From the NCBI RefSeq assembly GCF_004010195.1, contig NC_057718.1:29475206-29539205 (forward strand): DNA of 64,000 bases. The letters are read 5' to 3'. Positions 1 to 14,789 of the stretch are shown one piece after another. Source of the stretch: Chiloscyllium plagiosum. Lineage: Eukaryota. The position numbers and the translations under genes were made by a program. Within the stretch, counting starts at the first letter, position 1. Each line of letters opens with the position of its first letter. The notes under the pieces were generated by a model. It was not told the DNA's origin. It saw only the letters and a list, made by a program, of their open reading frames with translations, and ran no database searches.

Positions 1-938
1 CCTTACTATCTAACTGTTGGAATCGAACAGAACCAGCTTGTGATTGCAGAAGCTGCTCTTCATATATTATTCATGATGGGCAGTTTTCCTCCAATTGATT
101 GCCCAGGTGAGTTAATCTTATAGGGCTTTTTGAGGATTTGAGGGGTCAAATTCACCCACTGACCCCATGTAAACTGGGCATCGAAACGAAGAATTGATGC
201 AACAGATTTGTTCAACTTAAATTCACAATCACTAGCACTGTTACACGGAAGGAAACAAATTACATACAAAGGAAATAGCAGAATCTCTCACGCACAGACT
301 AACATAAACTACAACCATAGTACACTTCGGATAGAAAAGTACAAATCAGCTTCAGAAACTGTTTTTAAGGGATTCATTCTCACCAATCACCCAACAGATA
401 ATACAGCATGCAAATTCCAGTTATGTAACAATAATTGCAATGTCCACTGGTTGTAAGAGACATCCTTGGAATAAACTGATCAATTGGAAGAACCAGCACA
501 ATGACAACAATCTTTTTAAAAAATCAATTCTAATTCACAGTCGATGATGTGAAAAGGAAATGTTTTATCAAAAATTTAAACACTGACTTTAGAATTAAAT
601 ACATTACTGCCTACCAGGTTACTAAAAGATCAGTAGCAATCGTGTGCCAATTAACTTCTTCTGCCCTGCCCATTTCACCCAAGGGATTTATACTGGGATG
701 AACCAACTGTCAGTTGTCAAAAAAATGCATTATAATTACACATTTTTGCTCATTCTAATGCTGGAGAGCTTTAATGCTGTAGTGTCAGTATTACATATCC
801 TGAAAAATTAGCATCATTTCAGAACACAATTAATTTGTGTAGTGCTAGAAGACTTAAAGAAATACTGAACATCATGCACATATACATAAAAATCTTCACT
901 GGTCTTTAAGATTAATAACAAATTAAAACATTACTCAC

Positions 939-1029
939 TGAAAAACCTCAAAAGATAATAGTACATTTGATCCCGGTCACATTCAAATAGCTTCTGCGTC
1001 ATTTCCACCATGTTCTCAAGTGCTTCAAC
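939..1029 (-). CDS. LRPPRC: LRPPRC exon (about exon 27), 91 nt
   Basis: [30 protein letters not shown]; cttcag acceptor, GTGAGT donor; gene continues past the window start. Confidence 0.95.
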
Positions 1030-1239
1030 CTGAAGCGAATTAAGAAAATATTTCAGAATTCAAAGATCTAAAGTAAACAAATTTTGTTAATACTGAAAGA
1101 CTTCCACACGGTCTTATGATAATGGATCTTATAAAAAGGAATTGCAAGTTTTGTTTTAATTATTGAGATGACTCACTTGGATTGGCAACGTACTACAGAT
1201 AACAGGGCAGATGCAGGAAGATTTCTTTCCAGAGTTCTA

Positions 1240-2300
1240 TAAAATGACATTGAACAGCAGAAGGAAAGTGCCGTTCTTCCATCAAGCCTGATTTACCATT
1301 TGAAAAGATCATTGCTCATCCAATGTTGGCCTCAACCGCACTTTCCTGCCTATCCCCTATAATCCTCGTCTCCGACTCAAGGATCCAGCCTCAACTACTC
1401 TGTGAAAGGGATTTCTAAACGATCATGGCCCTTGGAAGAAATTATTCCTCATCTCAATCTTAAATTGCAGGCAGCTTATTTTCAAACTGCATTCCCTTAG
1501 TTCTCGATTCCTGTTTAACAAAAAAACAAACATTCTCCACACATTCATCCTTTCAATCCCCTTTAAAATCTTACATATTACAAGGTCGACTTTTTTTAAA
1601 GCTCCAATGAGGATATGCCTTATTATAATCTTTCCTCAGAACACTACACTCTCCATCCCTGAAATCAGATTAGTGAACCCTCCCTGAATTGCTTCCCATG
1701 CAGTTAAGGAGACCAATACTTAACAGAATACTCAAGGTGCAGTCTCACCAATGCCTTTTGGTTTAGCAGCAAGGCTTCCCTTTTTTACTTCATCTCCCTT
1801 GCAATAAAGGTAAATTCAATTTGCCTTCCTCATTACTTGCTTTTACTGTATATTAATATTTTGTTAACACGGCCATGGATACTCATTTCTCTGTACCTCA
1901 ACCTCCGCAATCTCTCTCCATTTAAAATATATTTTGCATTCCTATTCTTACTGGAAAAGTGATCATCATATTTTGCCACAACATACTCCATCTGTCACTT
2001 AACCCATCTATACTTCTTTACAAACTCTTTCTAGCCTTCTCAACTCCTTTTTCTGCTTATTTTTGTATTACTGACAAATTTGGTTACAATATAGTGTGTG
2101 CTTTCATCCAAATCAATAACATATATCACAAATTGTTGAGGGCCCAGCACTGGCCCCCAGCATTCCACAAGTCACAGTCTGTAAACCTGAAAATGAACCA
2201 CTTATCCCAACTCTTTGTTTCTAGTTAACTGAGCAATCTCCTATCCAATTCACTGTAGCAACCCCAGCACGATGAACCATCATCTTGTACAATAAACCAT
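1240..2300 (-). mobile_element. Old degraded CR1-type LINE 3' fragment
   Basis: Reverse complement resembles the CR1 RT C-terminus (acagaatactcaaggtgcagtctcacc = RLHLEYSV) and 3' UTR; boundaries approximate. Confidence 0.65.
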
Positions 2301-2348
2301 GAACTTAATAATCTTGCTTTTCTAACTGAAATCACACAACCAACCTAC

Positions 2349-2417
2349 CTGATTTGTGGCTGTGCATTTATCTGCAAACCATTGAAGCCTTCCTGGACGG
2401 GCTCGCAAGCCAGGAGT
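2349..2417 (-). CDS. LRPPRC: LRPPRC exon (about exon 26), 69 nt
   Basis: TPGLRARPGRLQWFADKCTATNQ; ctgtcag acceptor, GTAGGT donor. Confidence 0.95.
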
Positions 2418-4129
2418 CTGACAGAAAGACAAAATATTCAAAAGAGAAAAAAGGATAGGATAATATAAAACATAACTTGGGCAAAAATTCATCCATTTCT
2501 TTGGATGACTTTGTTATGGCACATGTATAAAATGATCACATTTTTATTTGTGGAAATACTGAAGGAAATTTTTGATATCAGTAATTATTATTAAACAGCA
2601 CTTTGTTAAATTGATCATTTGTAAAATGACTACATTAATTGCAACTAGGTTTTTGTGACATAAAACAACATTAATAATTAGATGCTGTTATGCCTGTTCC
2701 GCAAAACATTTGTGATATATAGTATTTATATTCAAGACTCTTAATACAACTACGTTAATTCAAGTTTTTATAGGAAGAATTTAACATCAATTTTTCATGA
2801 AATCACTCCATGCGATTTAAAGGAAACTCTATTGTGTAATTAATGTCTAACAATGTTCATGAAATAGCTTTCTTAAATCTATTTTACATGACAATTATAA
2901 CCAGAGTGATCACCTGAGCTTCCAAATTCTTTACATTTTTTAAGGATTTAAATAAATAGATGAAACAAATTATTTCGATTTTCTAAAAATCAAATCAGTT
3001 TGGTAATACACTCCAAGTTCTCAACAATTTCATGCTTTCTACAATGAGGTAGATGGAGCAGATGTGTTTTCATGCTAACTTTACCATATAAAGTAGATTT
3101 GCATGAAAACTATAGCATGAAATTAAATATTAAACACCACTGAATCCTGAAAATTAAACAAAAGAGTCTGACTGTGGGTACTGAACAAATAATACATTTG
3201 ATTACAACTTTCAATATCTTCATTTACCCAAATGACATGGATGTCAACAATACACAAATCCATAAGATACACGTATTAAATCTCCTGTGTTTAGACATGA
3301 TTGATGTGCCTGTCATTTCAAAGTCAGCTAAGCAATAAATGCAGATATCCTTCAGTTTCATTTGATATTGAGAACAGTTTTCACTTACACTAAGACTCAA
3401 TCCTCAAAAGAACATCTAGGTCAGCTTAACTAAATCTCCTAACCTCATCGATGTTCTATATTTACAGCTTATTGCTCAAGTATTTCACTAGCCCAGGAAC
3501 TTTATAAACTCCAGAATAATGGCAATGATAAAAAATATTCATTCCATTTAAATTAAACTTCCTGTGGCAAAAGTCGAACATCGCTCAGCTTTTTTTACGT
3601 AATTGGAATAACATATCCTCAACTAATTTGGGCATTTTGATATAATTTTGCCATTATACCCACTTCATCTACTCATACTCTCTTCCAAAATTGAGAAGGA
3701 ATTCAAAACTAAACATGAATAAGCTCCATTGAGAAAAATAACTGTCATGTTGTCTAAACTAACACCAAATTGGAATATTTTCCCAGGTCCTCGGTACGTG
3801 ATCTCTTAGCTTCCAAAATCAAGTGCAACTCTTTACAGAAGTGTAAGATGATTGCACGGCTATACTGCAAATCCTCATTTTCATTCTTGTATTGCAGATT
3901 AAATTAATAACTTACATGGCTTTGAATGTAAAGCCAAAAGGAAATGATGCATGCTTCTAAACTGCTGTCTATAACATATCAAAAGCAATTTTACTGTAAA
4001 TCAGCTGATGCACTCTTTCAAACAAAAACTTGCGCAAGCTCTTTATGTATAACAAATGGTGGAACCAAGCTAACTGTAGTCAGATTAGGATTTTAGTCCC
4101 AGCCTAAGACTGATTGATTTTTGTTGGAG

Positions 4130-5445
4130 AACTATTCCATCCCAAATAAACATGCTCCAGCACGTCTGCATTTTTAAGCAAATGGCATACCATTTCCATC
4201 TAAAGACATTCCATACTGAAAACAGCCTTGTTGTCAATGTCAGTCTTTGCTGACAGTAGGTGTCCAAAGTGTGGTAAACGTGAAGCATATTGTCCAAGAC
4301 TACACCACAAATTTTGATAACCAGGGCTAGTGCAGTGTGACTGGGACAGGGTGGTCGAGCACCTTTGTCTTGCAAATGTTTAGTGCGAGACCCATGCTCT
4401 CACATATCTCAGTGATGATAGCTTGGATCTCAGCCTCCAAGTGCACTGGAGGTTCCCATTTACTTAGTTTATTAATTCCATTCATGCAGGGAACTTGAAC
4501 AGAAGGAGCTGAAGCATTGCAGCAATAAGATATGAAAAATCTTAAGAAGAGCATCAATATGACGGAAGTGCTTTGGCTGCAAGGCCAAATGAGAGTCAGG
4601 TCTGTGGTGAATCCCTTTCTTAAGAAGTTTTGAGATCGTGAAGCGGGGGGGGGGATACTGACAAGTTTTTGAGAGCACATGATTATGAAGAAGGATGCTC
4701 CATAATATCTCCATTGATAGGGAGCTTTGTGAATCAAAGACAGCCATGTGCAAGGACAGGTGCTTTCCTTGCACTTCTCTTGTAGTTGCCATGAGGTGAA
4801 GATAATGTGCCCACAGTGCAACTTTGGAAGGAAATCTTCACTAACAGGGAAAAGACAATGGAGGAGGATTCTTGGGATAACTTTTGCTATGGTTTACAGC
4901 AGGGAAATTTCTTCACAGTTACTGCAGACCTGCCATTTTCTTAAAAATGGTCATGATTACTGACAGATCGCTGGCCTACTTCTCTCTTTCTGGATAAGGA
5001 AATTTGTCATGTAATCAAACTAATATGCTTCTCAATCATATTTCAGTGCTGTGGCAAGGATTCTGTTTACTCCTGATGCTTGGCTGATCTTCAGCTGTTG
5101 AATAGTATTTTTTTTAAAACTTGATGTAGGGTTGAGGTTTGCTGAGGCAGCAGGTATGGCATGCTGTGGGACAGAGTTGAGAACACTCACTTTGAAGACA
5201 GTCTTTGTTAAGGACAACTTCCAAGACGCCTTTCAGCTCTTGATGACGACATCGCTGTTCTGACCAGCAGTGAAGTATAGACTTGATTGCACAGACAAAA
5301 AATAGTTTTGACTGTGCTAAGAAACCCCACATATTTTGGCTAACTGCTTGATCTCCGGCACTTCCACTAACTGCCATCTGTTCTTTAGGTCGTGTGATTT
5401 TAGACTGTAGAGCTATTCTATAGTTCGCATATTGGGTTGCCGTCA
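4130..5445 (-). mobile_element. Degraded RTE-clade LINE, RT region
   Basis: Frame-shifted peptides IQQLKISQASGVNRILATALKY, QLQEKC, LHMAVFD and ICESMGLALNICKTKVL resemble RTE-type reverse transcriptase. Confidence 0.7.
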
Positions 5446-5777
5446 TTTTTCAAACCTTAAATGGTTTATATTGTATCTTAAATGCTTTTTCTATCACTCC
5501 AAAATTGATTTAATCTGCATTTGAGTAAATCTACATGGGCTGCTTTCACAAATCCTGACCCAGGATACATAGCTGCTCAATTAGGTGCTAATTCTATACT
5601 ATTCTTATGTTGCTCATAAAAATGAAGGGTTTTTTTGTCTAAATGATGTTAAAATTATTTTACAAACTTTTTTTTCAAAAATGGAAAGCAGTGGTAATTT
5701 CAAAATATTTCCAATAGCCTTTATTAAAATAGTACTGTGTCCATCCCATATGCTTGTTATTCATGTTTATGGGACTG

Positions 5778-7060
5778 ATTAGGGATAGTCAACATGGCTT
5801 TGTGCATGTCTCACAAACTTGATTTGAGTTTTTTGAAGTAGTAACAAAGACGATTGATGAGGACAGAACGGTAGACCTGATCTACATGGACTTTAGTGAG
5901 GTGTTCGACAAGGTTCTTTATGGGAAATTGGTCAGCAAGGTTAGATCTCACGGAATACAGGGAGAACTTGCCATTTGGATACAGAACTGGCTCAAAAGTA
6001 GAAGACAGAGGGTGGTGGTGGAGAGTTGTTTTTCAGACCGGAGGCCTGAGACCAGTGGAGTAAGGATCAGTGCTGGGTCCACTACTTTTTCTCATTTATA
6101 TAAATGATTTGGATGTGAATGTAAGAGGTATCGTTAGTAAGTTTGCAGATTACACCAAAATTGGAGGTGTAATGGTCAGCGAACAAGGTTATCTCAGATT
6201 ACAACAGGATCTTGATCAGATGGGCCAATGGGCTGAGAAGTGGCAGATGGAGTTTAATTTAGATAAATGTGAGGTGCTGCATTTTGGGAAAGCAACTCCT
6301 AGCAGGACTTATACACTTAATGGTAAGGTCCTAGGGAGTGTTGCTGAACAAAGAGACCTTGCAGTGCAGGTTCATAGCTCCTTGAAAGTGGAGTCGCAAG
6401 TAGATAGGATAGTGAAGGCGGAATTTGGTATGCTTTCCTTTATTCATGTGAGTATTGAGTACAAGAGTTGGGAGGTCAAGTTGCGGCTGTACAGGACATT
6501 GGTTAAGCCACTTTTGGAATACTGTGTGCAATTCTAGTCTCCTTCCTATCAGAAAGATGTTGTGAAACTTGAAAGGCTTCAGAAAATATTTACAAGGATG
6601 TTGCCAGGGTTGGAGGATTTGAGCTATAGGGAGAGGCTGAACAGGCTGGGGCTGTTTTCCCTGGAGCATCAGAGGCTGAGGGGTGATCTTATAGAGATTT
6701 ACAAAATTACAAGGAACATGGATAGGATAAATTGGCAAAGTCTTTTCCCTGGGGTGGGGGAGTCCAGAACTACAGGGTATAGGTTCAGGGTGAGAGGGGA
6801 AAGATATAAGAGAGACCTAAGGGGCAACGTTTTCATGCAGAGGGTGGTATGGGTATGGAATGAGCTGCCAGGAAGTGATGGAGGCTAGTATAATTGCAAC
6901 ATTTAAAAGGAATTTGGATGGGTATATGAATAGGAAGGGTTTGGAGGGGTATGGGCCGGATGCTGGCAGGTGAGACTGGATTGGGTTGGGATATCTGGTC
7001 TGCGTGGAGGGGTTGAAATGAAGGGTCTGCTTCAGTGCTGTATATCTTTATGACTCTATA
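5778..7060 (+). mobile_element. CR1 LINE, 5'-truncated (RT plus 3' UTR)
   Basis: MDFSEVFDKV, LGPLLFLIYINDL, KFADYTK, WQMEFNLDKCEVLHFG, PLLEYCVQF; ends in an atgactct tail. Confidence 0.95.
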
Positions 7061-7470
7061 ATTGCAGAGTTTTGTTCATCTTACTTGAGAATGGATGTAA
7101 TGGCATTGGAGGTATTACACAGGAGGTTCACTACATCCACAAAGAAGGGGTTTTGTCTAATTGAGAAAAGATCTAATTGAGGTACACAAAATGCTAAAGA
7201 TGTTTGACAAAGTAGAAGAAGAAAGGGTGTTTCCTTTCGTAGAGCAATCTAGAATGAGACGGCATAGCAGATTTAAAACAGAAATAGGGAGAAATTACTT
7301 CGCTCAAAGGACTGTGAATCTGTGGAATTCACTACCCCGGATTGCAACAGAAGCTGAAGATTGACAGATTTGTGATTAGTTAGGCTGAAGGGTTATGGGC
7401 AGCAGGCAGGAAAGTGGAGACAAGGCCATGTTGTAGTCAGCCATGGTCGAGCCCGCACCATGTTAAAAAG
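7061..7470 (+). mobile_element. Older CR1 3' fragment
   Basis: RKDLIEVHKMLK...NYFAQRTVNLWNSLP, the CR1 ORF2 C-terminus. Confidence 0.8.
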
Positions 7471-9654
7471 TACACAGAGTAGAATCGCCCACACATTCTT
7501 CATGTTGTCAATTAAGCTCATTTTCTGGTGAATACATTGCTGAAATATCATAATACAATCTTTCCTCTTCACATTCTAATTGCCCGACGTACACTTCCAG
7601 CAACTTCTATTTTTTAATAGTTCATTTTCTCCTGCTCACTTTCAACTCCCAGCTTCTTTGTTTAACAAATCAACGGTATGTACAGAGACGTTGTCTACAA
7701 AGAACCTCCATCCATTAATGAAACAGGAGTAGTTATATATAACTTGAGGGTAATCACTCTGTAAGAATAGTGTAATGTGAAGAGGTGGTTCCATGAACTA
7801 TCACAGTTGTATGAGAATTGGATCTATGCTGCTGGCTTTACTTTGAGTCATTCCAGTCATATAGCTGACTGACCTCTCTGATCCCCTGTGCGCATGTGTT
7901 TGTTCAACCTGTAACCTTTAAGAACAAGGAGGTAGCTTCAAAGTATGACTCTCAGTTTAGTTTAAAGACTAACATTAAATATTCTAATCTTTCAAGTATA
8001 AATCCATGCAGAAAATTCCTGAGAAAAAAATTCTAAAACGCTGGCATATCATTCAGAACAATAAAGGTAAAAGATCAGCAAAAGCACAAACTTGGCTTGC
8101 AGTAATGACTCTGATCCTGTTGCTTTATGGCTGGTCATCTTGCCAACTGCAATCATTCATTAGAATATATCTTGTCTATTTACACAGACTTTTAAAGAAA
8201 CACAAATGGTCAGCTAGAAAAAACAAGTGCGGTGTTTGGAAGCTACAAACAACATGTATCACATCAGAAGAGATGAGTAGTCAAAAGGATCCTTTAATGC
8301 CATCTCTAAACAACAAGTGACAATATGGAAAAGTACTTCATATTGTAATATGCTCTCAGATCATCGTGTCAAGTTTCTCCTATCACCATTCACACAAGAG
8401 TTTATTCCCATATTAGATGGCTATATATATTCGCTGCAGCTAAAGTTCACATTTGGCAGGCCAAAACCTATAATCATTGGACTATAGTGGACCAAACTGA
8501 GGTATTTCAAAACAAGGGACTCAACTGTACTGACACAAAGATCTAATTTTTTGATGCATAATGGAACACAGCCTTAAGTTAGAGCTGCTCCATTTCGTAG
8601 TGAAAATTAAACTTTATTTGTTTCAAGAAGAACTCTCTTTCAGATGCTGGGTCAATTCAAATTTTCAAGATTGAGATCAATAGATTTTAGTCAGGTAAAG
8701 ATTTAAAAGGAGTATGTAACAACATTGAGTAACTGGAATTGTTTCAATTCACACAACCTAATGGAATGGTGAAACAAGCTCGAGGAATTAAATACACTAT
8801 TCCTATTCTCACTCTTCATAACAAGTCTTACGGCAAGATCAGAATACATTCTTTGAAAATAGAAAAGACATTATATGTATTAAGATAAAAATTAAAATTC
8901 ACTTTTTAAAAAAATGGCTCCAACAAGAGTACGAAGGTCTTTTTAGATCAACATATCTCCTGATGTCAGTACTCCAAAAAAATGTAAACGCTGGACAAAC
9001 AGATAGTTTTACTTCAACTTATCCCTTTATATTACTAGGAAAGATTTTAATCAAGACCAGATACAGTATGCAAAATGTAGTTGCGTGATCAGTCACCTTT
9101 GGCTGAGCATAAGCTGCTTAAGGAATTACAGGAAGGAAAAGTTGAATTTAATATGATGCTGCAGCAGACTGGCTGATTATTTGCTCTCAGACATGTCCTA
9201 TAGTAAATCTGACCAGATTCACCCTCTGTCTGCCTCAAATTAAATTCCGCTGCTTTTAAGCACAACAAAAGAATTGATCAGTAAAGGGGATTAAGAACTT
9301 TATACACTCAGGACTTGCAGTTTAATTTAATTGTTCTACAATCACAATTTTAATATGCAACCATAACATTTGGCACAAACGGAACAATTTAATCAAGCCA
9401 AGCTAGAACAACATTTTAATTTGAATAACATCTAACAAAAACAATAGCTATAATTCTTATTGCAGCATTATGCAGACATCAAAAGAAGAAATTCTATACT
9501 TATCACATTAATAAGGTTAACATTATTCAATTTGTAGACTAAATTGCATCAGTCAGAATTAGACTAATACTCATCTTGGGTTCAGAATATTAATTGATGC
9601 TCATTGTTCAAACTAAAATGGCTATGTGAACAGCATAATAGGATGAAGTCTCAC

Positions 9655-9761
9655 CTCGATAATTTTTCTGGCCTCTTTGTATTTCCCACTCTGAAGAAAA
9701 GCGAAAAAAAGGTCATACAGCATTGTCATTTCACCTCGCTCCTGGTTTACAAAATCCATAG
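9655..9761 (-). CDS. LRPPRC: LRPPRC exon (about exon 25), 107 nt
   Basis: [36 protein letters not shown]; cttgcag acceptor, GTGAGA donor. Confidence 0.97.
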
Positions 9762-11393
9762 CTGCAAGCACAAGAGAAAATTTTAAAGCGATGTAATTCA
9801 ACAATCATCAAAGCTGAAGTTAAATCTTAATTTCTTTTCATTCCAAGAAATGTTAGCAAAAAAAAAATTCTATGCACTGTACATTCCATAAGGTTCTACC
9901 CATCACTTTGGCTTCTCAGTGGCAAAAAGTTAATTTAACACATCTTTTGTCCAGTCACAATGCAGATTTTAGTTTGAGGGAAGTGGGAAGGTTCTTTCAA
10001 GAAGGAAGTTACAGGAAATGAAAATGTGTTTCGTCCTAACAAGCCTCTTCATTTTTGATCTGTCTTTGCTATCTCTGCAGTATCACATTTAATTATTACT
10101 GAATCCATTTGGACAAATTAGCTTAGTAGTTTTCCTTGGTTACATATTCCATGTCAATAAAACATAAGCAGCAGAGAAATAGAAAGATACCAAAAACCTC
10201 TTAGCTGCCCCCAAAAAATTAATACTGCTTCCAACTGGGTTTTGCACATCTCATTTAGCCCCTGGTTTTTAAACTTTGGAACAATTTGTCCAGATTAATT
10301 CTCAATTTCTATTATTATGCAAACTATTAGTATACTATCAGCTCAGGTTCTCCTCCTTTCCAAACCAAGCTCAATGTGCTCAGCCATTCACTACAAATAA
10401 ACCCACTGGTTTTAATATATTGCAATTTCTCTTGAATATCCCCAAACTACTAAATGATGCAAATATATAGAATTGAAGGTTTTCACCCAAAATGTGAATC
10501 TGTACTTTTTGCAACATAACAGTCACTGCATGACTGAGTAATTTTGAATGTAAATACTTGGAAGTTCACATAAGATATGCTAAGACTTACACATAAATAT
10601 TTTCTTTGTTGTGCTACTGGTCACTTCACTTAAATTAATCAATTTCAATTAATTAGTATTTCATTTCATAACATTTTTCTTAGTTCCTATGGGAGACTTC
10701 ACTTCATAAGGTAAAAACTGTCCACAAAATAGGCGAAGAAAAGAGACACTAATTTATGCCTCACACCAATTTAGGGTAAAACATTCTGTTGCCACAGAAA
10801 TTTGAGGTGTTATTCTAATACCAACTGAAGAAGCAACACATGGGTAAAACAAACTGAAATAGAGCAGAAAGCAAATTTAAAGAAATAACATTCAATGCAA
10901 AACAATCTGATCTAGTGCATCAGTTACATAGCAGCAAAAAACCTCAGTATTCTCCTTGAAGGTCAGTGCCAACATTCAAATAATCAAATATAAAACAAAA
11001 ATAGAAAACGTTGAAAAGGAGATTAAGGGGTAAAAGCACTTAACATTCAGAATAAGTTTTGACACCAATTTTTATGCAACTGTCTGTAAATTAATTTTAT
11101 ATCTACCAATCAAGCAGCTGAAAATGCAGCATATGAAGCTTTATGGTATTCATGAATCGATAAATAATCACCAGTGAAGTCAATTTCAGAACTAAAACAG
11201 CAAACTCAAAATGAAAATTAATCCATAAAAAGCCGTAATTTATTGAAGGGAATATTCTACAGGTTTGCTTTTAAAGGGCACACAATAATTAGGATGCTGT
11301 GATTCAAATTCAGTTGGAGAGAGAGGGAAGGGAGTCTGGTAATAACACAAAATAAAATCGGTTGGCTTTCACAGTATCTCTAGTACCAGCCAC

Positions 11394-11518
11394 CTTTCTG
11401 TAAGAGATCAGTGTCCCCCTCATCGACCAACTTGCACAAAATATCATGAAGCCTCGGCATCTGGCCATATTTCTTTTGACAATCAATTATTGCATTTAGG
11501 GCAGCAGGTAGATTCCCC
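11394..11518 (-). CDS. LRPPRC: LRPPRC exon (about exon 24), 125 nt
   Basis: GNLPAALNAIIDCQKKYGQMPRLHDILCKLVDEGDTDLLQK; tttcag acceptor, GTGGCT donor. Confidence 0.95.
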
Positions 11519-12429
11519 CTGAAATAGAAAACAAAAAGCCTCATTAATATATTTGAGCATTAAAAGCAACACAGGCAGTCCCTGGATTGTGAATCCAAGT
11601 CCATTCTCATGAGTCGATTTATACACAAGTTGGAACACAAGGAGAGACAATATAAAATGGCATTCTCCTAAGTACAAGGAAATGTTCATACATTGGAGCT
11701 TTAAAATTAATAACACTCCATATCGGATCACATTCACAAATAAAAGCATTCATAAGTCAGAAATTTGTAAATTGGGAATCCTCTGTATTCTAAATCATAT
11801 TTGGCCTGATGAGACAACGTTTTGCTCAAGAAATTCACACACTAAGTAATACCTTATAAAGACAGTTACAGTAATCAGAATGTCAAATGTGTCGCTATTA
11901 AACGATTCAACTCAGAAGCATTACACTTCTTTCTTAGTGACAGCAACAAGTCCAAGTTTTCTCATGGTCATATCCCTGTTTTGGTATCAAATACAGAATA
12001 AATAATGCTTCCTGCAAAACAGAAACCAATCTGACTACTTCCATTAAAACTGAAGGGACAGTGGAGGATTGAATACTGGCAAATTGCACGATAAAACGCT
12101 TGGCACACAATAAATCCTGTTCAGAAACAGTGCAGCTTATTACAGTTTCATGAAGCAAAGAGCTTATTTTTAATTCCACTTATACCTTGCAATGGAATGC
12201 TCAGAAAAGCTGTCTTTGAATAAAGCTGACGGTTAACGTTTTCTAAGCTAGAAAGGAAAGAGGGATAGTGACATCAATTCTGTGATTGGATGACAAAAAA
12301 TGCAAGAGGAACAATGACATTATCAACATTGAAGAGGCTCCCACCTTCAATGAATCATCCAACTGCGAAGTATTCTTCCCATGATCATAAATTTGACAAA
12401 AGCAAAAAAATTAGACAATAACTATTCAC

Positions 12430-14180
12430 TCCCAAAAATTAAGAAAGGTCAGAAAGACCTTTCTGAGGACAAGGCATAAGGTGCACACTGCCAACCATGT
12501 AGGACAGGGCGTCAGTCTGTAGAGGAGGCAGAAGGCCCAGAGTCAACAGGATTTCAATTAAACATACTGTCGGTACGGGATCATTTCTGGGTCCTTCCCA
12601 AATTAGAGAGGAAAACAGTAAAAATGGAATTGGATACAGGCACAATGGTATTGATGATTTCCAAATCAGTTTATACGGAGATGTTGAGGGCACTACTGTT
12701 GAAGCCTGCCAAAATTACACTCTGGACATGCACTGTATAAGTGGCACCACTGAAGGGCTATGTATTGGTGAAAGTACAGTTAAGGGACCAGTGTGCAGAA
12801 ATGCCACTTCACATAGTAAAACACAGATACCCTGCATTATTCTCTGCTCCAGGGACCTTCATGATAACCTGCATCTTCTTGGGTGCCTCATGTAGTTCCT
12901 CGCCATCATTGCTTGGTCCAAATATTCTACGGAGCATTTAAAAAAAACTCTTATTTCTCTTTTCACTTGTAGGCTGTGCTCCTGCAATCATTTTAGGGTT
13001 CCTTCTAAATTTTTCAAATGCTCCTCTCTAAAGGATTCAACAATCAAAATGTCATCCAAATGACACTGGAATCCTGGCAATCCACTTAGTATTTGATCCA
13101 TGGCTTTCAGAAACACAGCCAGCACTGACATAATAGCTAAAGGAAATTGCTTGTCGCAGAAAAGTCCTACACGCCACTATTAGCGGCAGTTGAGACTCTT
13201 TGTGACCCCAATCTGTAAGTAGGCCTGCAACAGATCCATTTTTCAGAGTTTCTTTCCCCATACCACTCCAGTGCATAAGTCTTTTATGAGTGGTATCCTA
13301 TGAATCAAGACAGAGGAGAATTACACTCAAGTAGAAAAAGGATTGAGCATCGTGCTCGGTGTCAAAAGTTCACCCATTTCCTTTAGGCCAGGCACTTCAT
13401 GCTACTGACCATATATAATCCTCCAACCCTCAATCTTTGGCCAACACATAGGAAACACCATCAATGGTGGCAGTACACGTACAGAGATGGGCACTCGCTC
13501 TGTCAGCCTACTCACACGAGATCAAAACTGTCAGGCAGAGAAGCACATATCAATTCAGATGCCCTGTCAAGGCTGCCACTACTAAGCAATATGTTATGTA
13601 CTTTTCCCAGGATGACAAGGTGCTGGTGTCCCAGTTTTGAGCCTTCATCTCGAGTGTGGACCAGTCCTGGAAACCACTCCGAATTGAACCCCTACCTCTA
13701 CAGAAGGTAGGAGTTTTCTGTGTTTAATGTGGGAATGACAAGGAAAGTCAAGGTCAAGGCTACTCCAAAGAGGAGAGACAGTGCTGACCCAGAATTCTAC
13801 ATCTGGGAAAAAATGGAGCCCAACAGTGATGGTGGCTCAAACAGAACCATTGCCATATGCAGTGCAGACTAAGGATGAACTGGTCTAGAGGAGACATGCA
13901 GACCAGTTGGTGGTCACACCTCATAAATGGAGTAAGTCCTCAGAATACCAAGCCTGTGCAGATGGGACTAGTGGTGTTGACCAAGTCAGGGTCAGTCATG
14001 CCCAGGGAGGTGACAACAGCAGTATCACAATCCAACCACAGCAGGGAGGAATGTACTTGCAGAACAACAGAGTTTCTGGAAGCCGGGGAGACTACACTGG
14101 TAAAAGTTCCTGAAACAAGGAGACTGTTTTCTAGGAATCATCAACCTCCTGAGAGACTGATCATGTTAATGTAAACTACA
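12430..14180 (+). mobile_element. Degraded Ty3/Gypsy LTR retrotransposon internal region
   Basis: Post-protease GYVLVKVQL..PLHIVK..PALF; RNase H-like NYTQVEK and SDALSRLPL; integrase C-terminal WSP..PYAV..RRHADQL; terminal RNHQPPERL; many deletions. Confidence 0.75.
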
Positions 14181-14789
14181 GAAGGGTCATTTACTTTTTC
14201 CACGTCTTTTTGTATATATTCCTAATAATGTATGTTAGCTACAATGCTGGTATAACACTTATAATTTTTGTGTACATTTATTGATGAGAGTTTTAAAATA
14301 AAGGTGAGGCATGTCACATATGTGTCCCTTTGAGACAGCTGGTCAGGTGATCTGAAATATATATATATGTTCAGATTTACTATTTGTCGACCTGGTATAC
14401 AACTCCTGGTTCTAAACAAAGCACCAAAATAATAATGACAACCTGCATTAAGATAGAAGTTTACATAGAAGGCACTCAGTGCTTCACATATTAATATCAA
14501 TATCATAACTATTAAAGAGCAGAGGGGAGGTATAAACATTGGGTATTATAAAGTTTCAGTGAGAGGAGCTGAAGAGTGATGGACTTTAGAAGGGAGCTTT
14601 ATCAAGGGTACTGATAGCTCTGCCATCAAACTTGAGGCACTATGTACAAAACACGCAAAACAGGATCCTGTAACATACCCCAAAAGGAGGAGCAAAAATA
14701 GTTGAAGTGAGGCCACAGAATAATTTGAGAACAAGCAGTTTACGTTCCCATGCTTTAGATTCCCAGCCAGGCAAAGCAATGACTCAGTA

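Noticed and set aside
1..938. Next LRPPRC exon (about exon 28)
   Set aside because: No matching peptide found; presumably outside the window, as is the exon upstream of 62659
7679..7973. Possible solo LTR (TG...CA)
   Set aside because: No target-site duplication and no second copy in the window
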